IMG/VR virus record: IMGVR_UViG_3300032216_001993
Coordinates: 1 to 39,946 of that record
Source of the DNA: a virus
Lineage: Duplodnaviria; Caudoviricetes
Length of the DNA stretch: 39,946 nt
Strand: one strand, 5' to 3'
The translations under genes and the position numbers were made by a program. Positions 10,541-19,315 of the stretch are shown here, in pieces (the stretch's first letter is position 1; every line of letters starts with the position of its first letter). The notes under the pieces are model-generated. The model saw only the letters and a list, made by a program, of their open reading frames with translations, made no database searches and was not told the origin of the DNA.

Positions 10541-11398
10541 ATGATGAGTTCATTAGACGCCGTATTGGCGCAGTACGAAAAATCACAACAAGCATCGGGC
10601 GGGGCCCAAAGTAAGATGTCGCAAGACGAAAGAATGAAGAAGTATTTCGCTTTAATCTTAGGAGATAAAGAGAAATCAGGACAACGTAGAGTTCGTATCC
10701 TACCTACACCAGATGGGTCATCACCATTCAAGGAGGCATGGTATCACGAAATTCAAGTTGGTGGTCAATGGCAGAAGTTTTATGACCCAGGTAAAAATGA
10801 CAATGAGCGTTCACCTTTGAATGAGGTTTACGAAGAATTAATGTCAACAGGAAAAGAGTCTGATAAAGAATTGGCGAAACAATATAAGTCTCGTAAATTT
10901 TATATCGTAAAGGTAATCGACCGTGACCATGAAGAAGATGGTCCAAAGTTTTGGCGATTCAAACACAACTATAAGAATGATGGTATCTTAGATAAAATCA
11001 TTCCTATTTGGAGAAACAAAGGTGACATCACTGACCCAACTAATGGTCGTGACTTAATCATCGAGTTATCAAAGGCAAAAACTCCAAAGGGTAAAGAGTA
11101 CACAACCGTATCGACTATTATGTACGAAGATGCATCTCCTGTACATGCTGAACCTGCACAAGCTAAAGCTTGGATTGAAGATGAATTAACTTGGTTAGAT
11201 GTATATTCTAAAAAACCTGTCGATTATCTTGAAGCGATTGCTCGTGGTGAAACACCGAAGTGGGATAATGAGAAAGGTGGATATGTTTATGAAAACAACA
11301 CTGAAGAAACAACAATGATGGGAGGAGCGAAAGCTGAGAAACCTGCTTATCTTGACCCACAAATGGATGATGAACCTGCGGGAGATTTACCATTCTAA
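10541..11398 (+). CDS. gp32: Single-stranded DNA-binding protein, T4 gp32-like
   Basis: 285 aa. VRILPTPDG, WYHEI, SPLNE..EELM, YIVKVIDRD, DITDPTNGRDLII patterns. Acidic tail ending DDEPAGDLPF. Immediately upstream of the recombinase. Confidence 0.75.
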   Translation: MMSSLDAVLAQYEKSQQASGGAQSKMSQDERMKKYFALILGDKEKSGQRRVRILPTPDGSSPFKEAWYHEIQVGGQWQKFYDPGKNDNERSPLNEVYEELMSTGKESDKELAKQYKSRKFYIVKVIDRDHEEDGPKFWRFKHNYKNDGILDKIIPIWRNKGDITDPTNGRDLIIELSKAKTPKGKEYTTVSTIMYEDASPVHAEPAQAKAWIEDELTWLDVYSKKPVDYLEAIARGETPKWDNEKGGYVYENNTEETTMMGGAKAEKPAYLDPQMDDEPAGDLPF

Positions 11399-11404
11399 TA
11401 TCAC

Positions 11405-11432
11405 GGGGTAGTGAAATATCTACCCCATTTTT
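11405..11432 (+). terminator. Stem-loop / weak intrinsic terminator after SSB
   Basis: Stem GGGGTAG / CTACCCC with an 8-nt loop, followed by ATTTTT. Confidence 0.6.
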
Positions 11433-11446
11433 AAACAAACAAATAC

Positions 11447-12448
11447 ATGGCGATTAAGAAAAACGATTTCAGTTCAGTAAAGAAGAAGTTCTCAACTTCT
11501 GCAAAATATAAACCTCAAAGGTTTTTTGATTTAGGACCTGACTTCTTAGATGCTGTTGGTTTACCTGGCCCTGCCATCGGACACTTGAATATGTTCCTTG
11601 GACACTCAGATACGGGAAAGACAACGGCTTTAGTTAAATCGGCTGTTGATGCTCAAAAGAAAGGTATTCTACCTGTATTCATCATTACAGAACAGAAGTG
11701 GTCTTTTGAACATGCTAAACTTATGGGGTTTGAATGTGAAGAGGTTGTTGATAAAGAAACAGGAGAATTAGATTGGGATGGATTTTATATCTTCAATAAT
11801 AACTTTGACTATATTGAACAAATCACTGACTACATCAATGAATTATTGGATGCTCAGGAGAAAGGTGAATTAGACTATAGTTTATTATTCCTATGGGATT
11901 CTGTTGGTTCAGTTCCTTGTAAGATGACTTACGAAGGAAAGGGAGGAAAACAACACAATGCATCAACCTTGGCAGATAAAATTGGTATGGGTATTAACCA
12001 AAGAATTTCAGGGTCTCGTAAAGCAGATTCTAAATACGAAAACACTCTTATCATTGTTAACCAACCATGGGTTGAGTTACCTGACAATCCTTTCGGACAA
12101 CCGAAGATTAAAGCTAAAGGTGGTGAAGCCATTTGGTTGAACTCATCATTAGTATTTTTATTTGGTAATCAAAAAGGTGCGGGTACAAACAAGATTACGG
12201 CAACTAAAGACAAAAGAAGTGTCAAGTTTGCAATTAGAACAAAAGTTTCTGTTATGAAGAACCACATCAATGGATTGGGTTATGAAGATGGAAAGATTAT
12301 TGTTACACCACATGGATTCTTGGCAGGTAAAGAAGCATCTGAAGAAAAGGCTTCAATTGAAAACTACAAAAAGGAATATGCGGACTATTGGAAAGATATC
12401 ATCGGTACAGATGGTGACTTTACTCTAAAAGAAGAAAAAGAAGATTAG
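11447..12448 (+). CDS. uvsX: RecA-family recombinase (UvsX-like)
   Basis: 333 aa. Walker A GHSDTGKT, ITEQK catalytic Glu, Walker B-like FLWDSVGS, IIVNQ, KGGEAIWLNSS, VMKNHI. Confidence 0.85.
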   Translation: MAIKKNDFSSVKKKFSTSAKYKPQRFFDLGPDFLDAVGLPGPAIGHLNMFLGHSDTGKTTALVKSAVDAQKKGILPVFIITEQKWSFEHAKLMGFECEEVVDKETGELDWDGFYIFNNNFDYIEQITDYINELLDAQEKGELDYSLLFLWDSVGSVPCKMTYEGKGGKQHNASTLADKIGMGINQRISGSRKADSKYENTLIIVNQPWVELPDNPFGQPKIKAKGGEAIWLNSSLVFLFGNQKGAGTNKITATKDKRSVKFAIRTKVSVMKNHINGLGYEDGKIIVTPHGFLAGKEASEEKASIENYKKEYADYWKDIIGTDGDFTLKEEKED

Positions 12449-12478
12449 TTTATTTGTTTCACATTTTAAATCACTGTT

Positions 12479-13480
12479 GTGATTAAGACATTATTAGTTG
12501 ACGGAGACAATCTATTTAAGATTGGATTTCATGGGGTTAGGGACTTGTATAACGAAGGAAATCATGTGGGTGGAGTGTATCACTTCATTAACATATTACG
12601 TAAGTTCTTAGAGGAACATAATCACGATAAGGTGGTTGTGTTTTGGGATGGGGAGTCAAACTCTTCAATGAGAAAGACAATCTATCCACAATATAAGACA
12701 AACCGACGCCAAGATATGAACGAATTCAAATACGAGTCGTATCTGCAACAGAAAGCAAGGGTTAAACAATACCTTGAAGAAATATTTGTGAGACAAATAG
12801 AGATGGTAAACAATGAGGCTGATGACCTCATTGCTCACTATTGCAAAATTTCAACAGAAGAGCAGATTATCGTTTTTTCAAGTGATAAAGACCTTACCCA
12901 ATTAATTTCGGAGAATGTAACCATATATTCCCCTATCCACAAACAATACTATAAGGATGGGGATATGATTACAATTAACAAAGTGGAAATCCCCCACTAC
13001 AATGTTCTATTGTGTAAAATCTTTACAGGGGACAAGTCGGACAATATAGATGGTATTGAAGGACTTGGTGAAAAAACATTGGTCAAATTATTTCCTGAAG
13101 TGCTGGTTAAATCCTGCACTACACACGAATTATTGGATAATGCTCGAATTATCCAACAAAAGAAAAAGTCCAAGGTGTTAGATAATATTTTGACAGGACG
13201 GACAAAAAGCGGTATATTTGGAGAAGTATTTTATTCACAAAATAAAAGAATTGTTGATTTATCTAACCCATTAATAACATATGAAGGAAAAGAATTAGTA
13301 GAACAAATCCAAACCGATACTATAGACCCTACAGATAGGGGATACAAAAACTTAATGAGGATGATGATGGAAGACGGACTCTTTAAGTATCTACCCAAAG
13401 ACAATGAAGCTTGGGTTGATTTTTTGAAACCATTTATGAAACTAACAAGAAAAGAAAAAAGAAATATTAATAAAAATTAA
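12479..13480 (+). CDS. rnh: 5'-3' exonuclease / flap endonuclease (T4 RNase H, Pol I N-terminal family)
   Basis: GTG start. LLVDGDNL, VFWDG, RKTIYPQYKTNR, EADDLIA, SSDKDLTQL, and the helix-3-turn-helix GDKSDNIDGIEGLGEKT. Confidence 0.9.
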   Translation: MIKTLLVDGDNLFKIGFHGVRDLYNEGNHVGGVYHFINILRKFLEEHNHDKVVVFWDGESNSSMRKTIYPQYKTNRRQDMNEFKYESYLQQKARVKQYLEEIFVRQIEMVNNEADDLIAHYCKISTEEQIIVFSSDKDLTQLISENVTIYSPIHKQYYKDGDMITINKVEIPHYNVLLCKIFTGDKSDNIDGIEGLGEKTLVKLFPEVLVKSCTTHELLDNARIIQQKKKSKVLDNILTGRTKSGIFGEVFYSQNKRIVDLSNPLITYEGKELVEQIQTDTIDPTDRGYKNLMRMMMEDGLFKYLPKDNEAWVDFLKPFMKLTRKEKRNINKN

Positions 13481-13484
13481 AATT

Positions 13485-13937
13485 ATGAGAGAACAAGACA
13501 GCACCAAGATGGAATTCTTAATGACGTTGAACGACAACATCGTTGTACAACGATTCTTCAACGTAAGAGGATACAATCCGAAGGCAAAGAATTCTGTGAA
13601 TTTCTATGAGTACATCAAGGCAATCACAAATGAACTTCAATACTATTTGAAGATGAAAACTGTTACCTATATGATAGATAACAAAGAGGCAATTTATGAT
13701 GACCATTCTATTATGGAAACATCTTTTACTGACGGACCTGAAGACTTCAACATTTATATCAAAGTTGGAGAGCAGACAATTTGTCATAGAGCATTTGATG
13801 GAAAAAATTTTCCACCAAAAGTACGTTATACAGTTGATGTAAGACCTTTTTTGAAAGATGTGTTACGAGAATTGACTGACATTTTTTCATCTTCAAAATT
13901 AAGTTTCAGATATTTGGACTTTGACTTGAGTAAGTAA
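13485..13937 (+). CDS. Hypothetical protein in replication cassette
   Basis: 150-aa ORF tightly packed between the exonuclease and helicase genes. No motif recognised. Confidence 0.75.
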   Translation: MREQDSTKMEFLMTLNDNIVVQRFFNVRGYNPKAKNSVNFYEYIKAITNELQYYLKMKTVTYMIDNKEAIYDDHSIMETSFTDGPEDFNIYIKVGEQTICHRAFDGKNFPPKVRYTVDVRPFLKDVLRELTDIFSSSKLSFRYLDFDLSK

Positions 13938-13971
13938 ATATTTAATAAAACACAGGGGCAAACAATACTAT

Positions 13972-15348
13972 ATGAACAAGAATTTTGAATACTTAGGGAA
14001 CACTTTTCAACTACAATTATTAAACCAACTTATTATAGATAGAGAATTTTCATCATCAATTATGGATGTCATTGAAAGTTCATATTTTGACAACAAATAT
14101 TTCAAAATCATCTTACAGATGACTAAAGAATATTATGTTAAGTATGAGTCTACGCCTAACTTTGATACTTTGGAACAGATTGTAAAATCTGAAATTTCTC
14201 AAGAACTTGTTGCTAAGATTGTACTTGACACTTTGAAACAAGTTAAGGATGCACCATTTGAAGGAAGTATATTTGTTCAAGAAAAGGCCTTGAAGTTTTG
14301 TAAACAACAAGAACTTCAGAAGGCTATGGATAGAGCTCAGAAAATTATTAATGAAGGAGACTTTGAGTCATACGATAAAGTTGAAGGACTTGTTCGTGAG
14401 GCATTACAAGTTGGAGAAAGAGATACAGGTTTAACCAATATTTTTTCCAACCTTGATAGTGTATTAGATGAGGATTTTAGACACCCAATTGCGATTGGTA
14501 TACCTGGTATAGACAAACTACTTAAAGGTGGACTGGCGAAGGGGGAAATTGGTGTAATCTTGGCACCTACAGGTGTTGGTAAGACAACCATTTTGACTAA
14601 GATTGCAAACACAGCATTTAACCTTGGTTATAATGTTCTTCAGATATTTTTTGAGGACAACCCTAAAATTGTTCAAAGAAAACACTTTACCCTTTGGACA
14701 GGGATTGAACCTGATAACTTGGTTATTCACAAAGAAGAAGTTATGAGTAAGATTGCTGAGATTCAGAATACAATGAAGAACGAGTTAATTTTAAAGAAGT
14801 TACCATCAGATTCAATGTCTATGTCTCAAATCAAAAATCAGGTTAGAAAAATGATTGCCGATGGTACAAAAATTGATTTAATTCTTTTAGACTATATTGA
14901 TTGTGTGGTACCTGAGAGTACAAGTAAGGACGAGTGGAAAGCTGAAGGTTCAGTAATGAGAGGGTTTGAAGCAATGTGTCATGAATTGTCTTTGGTGGGT
15001 TGGACAGCAACCCAAGGTAATAGGTCTTCAATTTCATCAGAAGTTGTAACTACAGACCAAATGGGTGGGTCCATTAAGAAAGCCCAAGTAGGTCACGTAA
15101 TCATATCGGTGGCTAAAACTTTACAACAAAAGGAAATGAACTTGGCGACAATTGCAATCACCAAGTCAAGAATCGGTAAAGATGGTGTTGTGTTTGAAAA
15201 CTGTAAGTTCAACAATGAACTTTTGGAGATTGACACAGAGAGTTCAGTAACATTCTTAGGTTTTGAGGAACAACAAGAGGAAAGAAAAAGAGATAGAGTT
15301 AAGGAGTTGTTAGAAAAAAGAAAAGAAAGAGAAGAAAAAAAATCGTAA
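13972..15348 (+). CDS. gp41: Replicative DNA helicase, DnaB/T4 gp41 family (SF4)
   Basis: 458 aa. IGIPGIDKLLKGGLAKGEIGVILAPTGVGKT (Walker A), ILLDYID (Walker B), WTATQGNR, ITKSRIG. Confidence 0.9.
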   Translation: MNKNFEYLGNTFQLQLLNQLIIDREFSSSIMDVIESSYFDNKYFKIILQMTKEYYVKYESTPNFDTLEQIVKSEISQELVAKIVLDTLKQVKDAPFEGSIFVQEKALKFCKQQELQKAMDRAQKIINEGDFESYDKVEGLVREALQVGERDTGLTNIFSNLDSVLDEDFRHPIAIGIPGIDKLLKGGLAKGEIGVILAPTGVGKTTILTKIANTAFNLGYNVLQIFFEDNPKIVQRKHFTLWTGIEPDNLVIHKEEVMSKIAEIQNTMKNELILKKLPSDSMSMSQIKNQVRKMIADGTKIDLILLDYIDCVVPESTSKDEWKAEGSVMRGFEAMCHELSLVGWTATQGNRSSISSEVVTTDQMGGSIKKAQVGHVIISVAKTLQQKEMNLATIAITKSRIGKDGVVFENCKFNNELLEIDTESSVTFLGFEEQQEERKRDRVKELLEKRKEREEKKS

Positions 15349-15369
15349 CAAAAAAACAAAAAAATTAAT

Positions 15370-16317
15370 ATGGAAAAAATTTTAGTAGAAAATCCTAATA
15401 GGTTTGTAATATTTCCTATTCAACACGATGACATTTGGGAGTTTTATAAAATGCACCAAGCTGCGTTTTGGACGGCAGAGGAAATAGATTTAACAGAAGA
15501 TATCAGAGATTGGAGTAATCTCTCAGAAAATGAACAATACTTTATTAAGAACATTTTATCGTTCTTTGCGGCATCTGATGGTATTGTGAATGAAAATTTG
15601 GCAGAGAACTTCTATAGAGAAGTCCAATATCCTGAAGCTAAATTCTTTTATGGCATGCAATTGGCTATGGAAAATATTCATAGTTTAATGTATTCACTTT
15701 TAATTGATACATACATTTCAAGCGAAGATGAGAAGAATAAATGTTTTACGGCTTTAGACAATTTACCTGCAGTACAAAAGAAAGCTAAGTGGGCTTTGGA
15801 TTGGATTGAAAATGCTTCATTCCAAGAAAGATTAGTTGCTTTTGCGGCTGTTGAAGGTATTTTCTTTTCAGGGTCATTCTGTTCAATCTTTTGGTTGAAA
15901 TCAAGAGGTATTATGCAAGGGTTATGTAATGCGAACACTTTAATTTTTAAAGATGAAAACTTACATTGTGATTTTGCAATCCACTTGTTAAACAATCACG
16001 TTGAAAATAAACCAAGTGAAAAAAGAATTAGAGAAATCCTTTTATCTGCTTTAGAAATTGAAAAAGAATTTATAACTGAATCATTACCTGTATCACTTAT
16101 TGGTATGAATTCAAACTTAATGAAACAATATCTTGAGTTTGTTGTTGATGGACTTTTACTTAAATTTGGTTGTAAAAAAGAATTTAATGTTGAACAACCA
16201 TTTAAATTCATGGAGCAAATTGCTATTGAAACAAAAGGTAACTTCTTTGAGGGAAGAACAGTAGAATACCAAAAGGCTAAATTAAACGAGGCAATTTCAT
16301 TTGTCGACGATTTTTAA
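15370..16317 (+). CDS. nrdB: Ribonucleotide reductase class Ia beta subunit (eukaryote/Bacteroidota-like)
   Basis: [31 protein letters not shown] (radical Tyr), [27 protein letters not shown]. Confidence 0.95.
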   Translation: MEKILVENPNRFVIFPIQHDDIWEFYKMHQAAFWTAEEIDLTEDIRDWSNLSENEQYFIKNILSFFAASDGIVNENLAENFYREVQYPEAKFFYGMQLAMENIHSLMYSLLIDTYISSEDEKNKCFTALDNLPAVQKKAKWALDWIENASFQERLVAFAAVEGIFFSGSFCSIFWLKSRGIMQGLCNANTLIFKDENLHCDFAIHLLNNHVENKPSEKRIREILLSALEIEKEFITESLPVSLIGMNSNLMKQYLEFVVDGLLLKFGCKKEFNVEQPFKFMEQIAIETKGNFFEGRTVEYQKAKLNEAISFVDDF

Positions 16318-16329
16318 TATTATAAAATT

Positions 16330-18756
16330 ATGATGTCATTAAAGATTAAAAAAAGAGGAGGAGAAGATGTTGTGTTTAATCCACAAAAAATTTATAACAG
16401 AATTAAAAAAGCTGCGAAAGGGTTAAGTGTAAACTCTGATGAAATTTTCATCAAAGTAATTACATCAATTCCAACTGAGGGGTTTGTAACCACTAAAGAA
16501 TTAGATAAATTAGTATGTGAGATTGCAGCTTCATATACAGGTAGTCATTACGACTATTCAAGATTATCTTCTTCGGTTGCAATATCTTCGTACCATAAAG
16601 AAACTGACCCAAGTTTCTCAAATACAATGCATATGTTACACGTTGACGGTGTTGTTCATGACAAACTTATAGAAATCATTGAAAGATATGGGGCGGATAA
16701 GATAGATGTGGTTATCAATCATGAGAATGATTATAATTTTGATTATTTTGCATGGCGTTCATTAACTGAAATGTACTTGTTGAAACTACCTAATGGTAAA
16801 GTTGTTGAAAGACCACAACATATGTATATGAGAGTTGCTTTATGGGTAACTAATACATTTGAGGAGGCGGTTGAGTATTACAAGTCATTGTCTGACCAAC
16901 TAATTTCTAAAGCAACTCCAATTATGATTAACTCGGGAACTAAAGTTCCTCAGTTAGCTTCTTGTGTGTTACATTATAATAATTCAGATTCTCGTGATGG
17001 ATTATTAAAAACCTTGAGTGATATTTCAACATATTCTTCAGACGCAGCGGGTATTGGTTTATCAATGTCTAACATCAGAAGTAAGGAAAGTAGAATTAAT
17101 AGTTCGGGAGGATTTGCTGGTGGTTTATTAAAATACTTAAAGATTGTTAATGAGTCATTAAGATTCTTCAATCAACAAGGTAGAAGACCTGGTAGTGCGG
17201 CTATCTATATCGAACCTTGGCACAAAGATATATTTGACTTACTTGACATTAAGAAGAATACAGGTAAAGATGAATTAAGAGCTCGTGATTTATTCACAGC
17301 ACTATGGATTCCTGATAACTTCATGAGAGCGGTTAAAGAAAATGCTGATTGGTACTTATTCTGTCCAAACGATATCCTTAAAGCTGGTATTAAACCATTA
17401 CAAGAGTGTTATGGTGATGAGTACGAAGAAAATTATAATAAAGCAGTACAAATGGGTCTTGGTAAGAAAGTTAAAGCTCAAGAAATTTGGACTAAAGTAA
17501 TTGAGTCACAAGTTGAGACTGGTGTACCTTATTTATGTTCCAAAGACAGTGCAAATAAGAAGACCAATCATCAAAACATTGGAGTTATAAAACAATCAAA
17601 TCTTTGTAATGAGATTTACCAATTTACTGACGAAGAAACAACAGCTATCTGTACATTATCTTCAATTGTATTAAAGAACTTTATTAAAGAAGGTAAATTT
17701 GATTATACATTATTGATTAACGAAACTAAAAAAGTAGTTAGAGCTTTGAACAATGTTGTTGATATCAATAGTTACTCAACTGAAAAAGGATTAAAAGGTG
17801 GATTAGAACAAAGAGCAATTGCTATTGGTGTTCAGGGTCTTGCTGACGTATTCTTTTTGATGGACTATGTTTTTACATCTGAAGAAGCAAAAACTTTAAA
17901 TAAGAATATTTTTGAAGCTATCTACTACGCAGCTATCTTTGAAAGTAATGATTTATGTAAGAGAGGTGTTAAACAACCATATAAATTCTTTGAAGGGTCA
18001 CCAATGTCACAAGGTATTTTCCAATTTGACATGTGGGGATTAAATGAATCTGATTTATTCTTAGATTGGGCTTCATTAAAAGAAGATGTTAAAAAGTATG
18101 GTGTATGTAACTCTTTATTCACTGCTCAGATGCCAGTTGCATCATCTGCTAAGATTACAGGTTCATTTGAAATGACTGAACCAGCTCACTCGGCGTTATT
18201 TAATAGACGTGTTGTTGGTGGTGAAATCTTAATTGTTAACAAGTATTTGATTAATGATTTTGAAAAACTTGGAATTTGGAGTGAAGATTTGAAAAATGAA
18301 ATCATTATGAATGAAGGGTCAATTCAAAATGTTAACTTCAATAACTATCTTGACACTGAAGATAAGAACTACGCTAAAAAGGTTAAGAGAATTGAACATT
18401 TGATTAATAAGTACAAAACTATTTGGGAGATTTCTCAGAGAGAACTTATTGATATGGCGGCAGAAAGAGCACCATTTGTAGACCAATCACAATCAATGAA
18501 CATATATATGTCAAATCCAACGTTGTCAAAGATTACATCTTCACACTTCCATTCGTGGGAAAAAGGATTAAAGACTTTATGTTACTACGTTAGAACTAAA
18601 GCAATTTCAACAGGAGCTAAACACTTAGCGTTAGACTTGTCTAAGGTTGAAAAACAAGGTCAAAAGATTGAAACACCAAAAGTAGATTACCTTGAAACGG
18701 GTTTAACCCAAAAACCTGAAGATAGTCCATTTGAGTGTTTTGGATGTTCAGCTTAA
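16330..18756 (+). CDS. nrdA: Ribonucleotide reductase class Ia alpha subunit with N-terminal ATP cone
   Basis: IKKRGG ATP cone, ERPQHMYMRVA, QLASC, RPGSAAIYIEPWHKDI, SNLCNEI, AICTL, DQSQSMN, LCYYVRT and C-terminal CFGC. Confidence 0.95.
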   Translation: MMSLKIKKRGGEDVVFNPQKIYNRIKKAAKGLSVNSDEIFIKVITSIPTEGFVTTKELDKLVCEIAASYTGSHYDYSRLSSSVAISSYHKETDPSFSNTMHMLHVDGVVHDKLIEIIERYGADKIDVVINHENDYNFDYFAWRSLTEMYLLKLPNGKVVERPQHMYMRVALWVTNTFEEAVEYYKSLSDQLISKATPIMINSGTKVPQLASCVLHYNNSDSRDGLLKTLSDISTYSSDAAGIGLSMSNIRSKESRINSSGGFAGGLLKYLKIVNESLRFFNQQGRRPGSAAIYIEPWHKDIFDLLDIKKNTGKDELRARDLFTALWIPDNFMRAVKENADWYLFCPNDILKAGIKPLQECYGDEYEENYNKAVQMGLGKKVKAQEIWTKVIESQVETGVPYLCSKDSANKKTNHQNIGVIKQSNLCNEIYQFTDEETTAICTLSSIVLKNFIKEGKFDYTLLINETKKVVRALNNVVDINSYSTEKGLKGGLEQRAIAIGVQGLADVFFLMDYVFTSEEAKTLNKNIFEAIYYAAIFESNDLCKRGVKQPYKFFEGSPMSQGIFQFDMWGLNESDLFLDWASLKEDVKKYGVCNSLFTAQMPVASSAKITGSFEMTEPAHSALFNRRVVGGEILIVNKYLINDFEKLGIWSEDLKNEIIMNEGSIQNVNFNNYLDTEDKNYAKKVKRIEHLINKYKTIWEISQRELIDMAAERAPFVDQSQSMNIYMSNPTLSKITSSHFHSWEKGLKTLCYYVRTKAISTGAKHLALDLSKVEKQGQKIETPKVDYLETGLTQKPEDSPFECFGCSA

Positions 18757-18763
18757 AATAATT

Positions 18764-18799
18764 AATAATCCCGACTAATAATCGGGATTATTTGTTTTT
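18764..18799 (+). terminator. Intrinsic terminator closing the replication cassette
   Basis: 11-bp stem AATAATCCCGA / TCGGGATTATT with a 7-nt loop, followed by TGTTTTT. Confidence 0.8.
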
Positions 18800-18802
18800 A
18801 TG

Positions 18803-18836
18803 TATTTATAAGAAAAAGTAGGATAGTATATTTATA
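18803..18836 (+). promoter_or_regulatory. Two candidate late-promoter motifs TATTTATA (18803-18810, 18829-18836)
   Basis: They lie directly after the terminator and before the first baseplate wedge gene. Confidence 0.45.
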
Positions 18837-18839
18837 TAT

Positions 18840-19310
18840 ATGGCAAACGGTGTTACATATGGACTTAGTTTTCCGTTCAGAGATTCTGTACGAGGAGACT
18901 ATTTGGAATTAACTGAATTACAATCCCAAGAAATAAAGTCAGACCTTATTCATTTGTTATTAACAAGAAAGGGGTCCAGATATTTCTTACCTGCATTTGG
19001 TACAAGATTGTATGAATTTTTATTTGAACCTTTTGATGGGTTAACTTTCAGTGCAATTGAATCGGATATTAGAGACGCTATTCAAAATTTTATGCCAAAC
19101 TTATTGGTTAATAGTTTAACAATAACTCCTGCTGACCCTCAAGAAGAATTAGACATTGCAACTGGACAAAATGTTGCAGGCACAAGTGAATCTTCAATTT
19201 ATAGATTTCCTGGAAAAGGAACCGCGGAATACACTGCAAAAATAAGAATAGATTACTCAACTAACAACTCAACATTTGCTCAAAGCGATTTTGTGATTAT
19301 CAATATTTAA
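18840..19310 (+). CDS. gp25: Baseplate wedge subunit / sheath initiator, gp25 (GPW_gp25) family
   Basis: GLSFPF...IKSDLIHLLLTRKGSRYFLPAFGTRLYEFLFEP...IRDAIQNFMPNL. Confidence 0.9.
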   Translation: MANGVTYGLSFPFRDSVRGDYLELTELQSQEIKSDLIHLLLTRKGSRYFLPAFGTRLYEFLFEPFDGLTFSAIESDIRDAIQNFMPNLLVNSLTITPADPQEELDIATGQNVAGTSESSIYRFPGKGTAEYTAKIRIDYSTNNSTFAQSDFVIINI

Positions 19311-19315
19311 TATAG

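Noticed and set aside
11447-18756. Inteins or introns in the recombinase, helicase or nrdAB
   Set aside because: Lengths are typical, motifs are contiguous, and no splice or homing-endonuclease signatures were seen.
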